Source: a virus
DNA: 43,121 bases
Direction: 5' to 3' (one strand)
IMG/VR virus record: IMGVR_UViG_3300045988_024784
Coordinates: 1 to 43,121 of that record
Shown piece by piece: positions 41,922 to 43,121 of this stretch (position 1 is the stretch's first letter; every line of letters begins with the position of its first letter). The notes beneath the pieces were generated by a model. The model saw only the letters and a program-made list of their open reading frames with translations, was not told the DNA's origin and did no database searches. A program made the translations under genes and the position numbers.

Positions 41922-42995
41922 ATGGCTAAAAAACGAACCGATGGACGCTACCAGGTATCAAAGACGATAAACGGTAAGCGTAAATACTTTTATGGTACTA
42001 CCAAGAAAGCTGCTATTGCTGAACGTGATGCCTACGTTGAATCACTAACACAATGTGCTAACTACGATAATACAATTACGATTGAGAGATGGTGCGGGTA
42101 TTGGATCCGACTTAAGAAGGATACGATTTCACAAAATACCCTCTCCTCTTATCAATATATTATTAAAACCTATATTGTACCTTTCATAGGCTCGATACGA
42201 TTAGTTGAGCTATCAGCATTAAACGTACGAGCTTTAATGGATAGCATAAGCCACTTATCGGCGCGGACTATCAGCTACACACTAACCGTTCTTAGGGCTA
42301 TCCTTAAACAGGCGGTCATGGATGAGATAATATCGAAGAACGTGGCCACGTTAGTCAAGAAACCCAAACAAGAGCGTAAGCGAGAGATGGTAACATTATC
42401 CAAGGAAGAAGTAGAAACCTTCCTTGAGCAAATCGATGATGTCGAATGGCGTGCCCTGTTTAAGCTCGCATTTACTACAGGTTTACGCCGTAGCGAGATA
42501 CTCGGTTTAACCTGGGATGATGTCAATCTTAAACAAAGGATATTAACCGTCAATCAGACAGTTTTACGTATCGATGAAGTCACAACTATCTCTAAAACAA
42601 CTAAAAACAGCTCGTCTAGGCGTTCTATCTCACTCGACGATAAAACTATCGCGGAACTCCTAAAACTTCGCACACACGTCGATAAACGAAGATTAAAATC
42701 AACGAACTGGAGAAATAATAATCTCGTATTCCCCGGTAAGTTTGGAAATCCTCGTGATCCAGCTAAGGTTTCACTAAAATGCAAAAAATTGGCCACCGCA
42801 ATCGGTAGACCTGACTTTACGATGCACGATACTCGTCATACACACGCTACCTTATTATTGGAAGCAGGTGTAAACTTTAAAGTCGTACAGATGAGGCTTG
42901 GCCACTCCTCGTACCAACAAACGATGGACACCTACTCTCACGTTACTCCGATTATGGAAGCCGATGTAGTAGAAAAGATTTCAAGCATATTCTAA
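41922..42995 (+). CDS. int: Tyrosine integrase. The start is moved to ATG 41922.
   Basis: Catalytic-type motifs are TGLRRSEILGL, HDTRHTHATLLL, LGHSS and DTYSH. The ORF-track start at 41859 lies inside the terminator stem. The gene is next to the right att repeat. Confidence 0.9.
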   Translation: MAKKRTDGRYQVSKTINGKRKYFYGTTKKAAIAERDAYVESLTQCANYDNTITIERWCGYWIRLKKDTISQNTLSSYQYIIKTYIVPFIGSIRLVELSALNVRALMDSISHLSARTISYTLTVLRAILKQAVMDEIISKNVATLVKKPKQERKREMVTLSKEEVETFLEQIDDVEWRALFKLAFTTGLRRSEILGLTWDDVNLKQRILTVNQTVLRIDEVTTISKTTKNSSSRRSISLDDKTIAELLKLRTHVDKRRLKSTNWRNNNLVFPGKFGNPRDPAKVSLKCKKLATAIGRPDFTMHDTRHTHATLLLEAGVNFKVVQMRLGHSSYQQTMDTYSHVTPIMEADVVEKISSIF

Positions 42996-43046
42996 TTGAT
43001 GTCAAAATGATGTCAAAAGGTACCCTGACAAAAATGATGTCAAAAG
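42996..43046. promoter_or_regulatory. Three TGATGTCAAAA repeats, candidate arm-type integrase binding sites (right arm)
   Basis: TTGATGTCAAAATGATGTCAAAA lies at 42996-43018 and ATGATGTCAAAAG at 43034-43046. The same tandem pair occurs at 144-165. Confidence 0.5.
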
Positions 43047-43073
43047 AAAAACCCGCACTACTGTGCGGGTTTA
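43045..43073. terminator. Hairpin terminator between the integrase and the tRNA (usable on both strands)
   Basis: Stem ACCCGCAC (43051-43058) pairs with GTGCGGGT (43063-43070). On the minus strand it is followed by TTTTTCTTTT, directly after the tRNA 3' end. Confidence 0.7.
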
Positions 43074-43075
43074 TT

Positions 43076-43121
43076 TGGTGGACCACCAGGGGTTCGAACC
43101 CTGGACACCCTGATTAAGAGT
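43076..43121 (-). tRNA. tRNA-Lys(CUU), 3' portion; the 5' part lies beyond the window end. This is the right att core.
   Basis: Same 46 nt as the left copy, with T-loop TTCGAAC, CCA end and anticodon CTT in a 7-nt loop with U33 and A37. The repeat spans 43074-43121. Confidence 0.8.

Larger units (their letters stand above)
1..43121. mobile_element. Integrated temperate tailed phage (contractile tail, PBSX-like morphogenesis genes) bounded by direct repeats in a tRNA gene
   Basis: 48-bp identical repeats lie at both window ends. The integrase is next to the right repeat. Lysogeny, replication, packaging, head, tail and lysis modules are all present. Confidence 0.9.

Overview
The window is one complete temperate prophage of about 43 kb, cut from att to att. 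Identical 48-bp direct repeats (1-48 and 43074-43121) carry the 3' part of a minus-strand tRNA-Lys(CUU).

The right arm, on the plus strand, holds a cI-like repressor, an ImmA-like metalloprotease, two lysogeny-side cargo genes (a secreted protein and an atypical MazF/PemK-fold protein) and a tyrosine integrase. This arm faces a Cro-like switch.

Everything else is on the minus strand:
- early genes, including an Xis-like protein and several small proteins;
- a replication module (DUF2800-like nuclease, DUF2815-like SSB, family-A polymerase, PcfJ-like protein, primase-helicase, VRR-NUC, SNF2) with an iteron-rich origin and an inserted YadA-type trimeric autotransporter adhesin;
- a late regulator, terminase, portal, scaffold and capsid;
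- a MuF head protein fused to a TNT-like toxin domain, followed by a probable immunity gene;
- a PBSX-like contractile tail and baseplate, two fibres, and a lysis cassette with spanin candidates.

Firmicute-type phage modules combined with an outer-membrane adhesin and spanins suggest a diderm Firmicute host (Negativicutes, Veillonella-like). This is inference.

The most striking element is at 4168-6467. A tyrosine recombinase sits next to two start-less tail-fibre C-terminal cassettes. Inverted CCAGTGGGG crossover sites flank the cassettes, in phase with the expressed fibre gene. This looks like a shufflon-type host-range switch.
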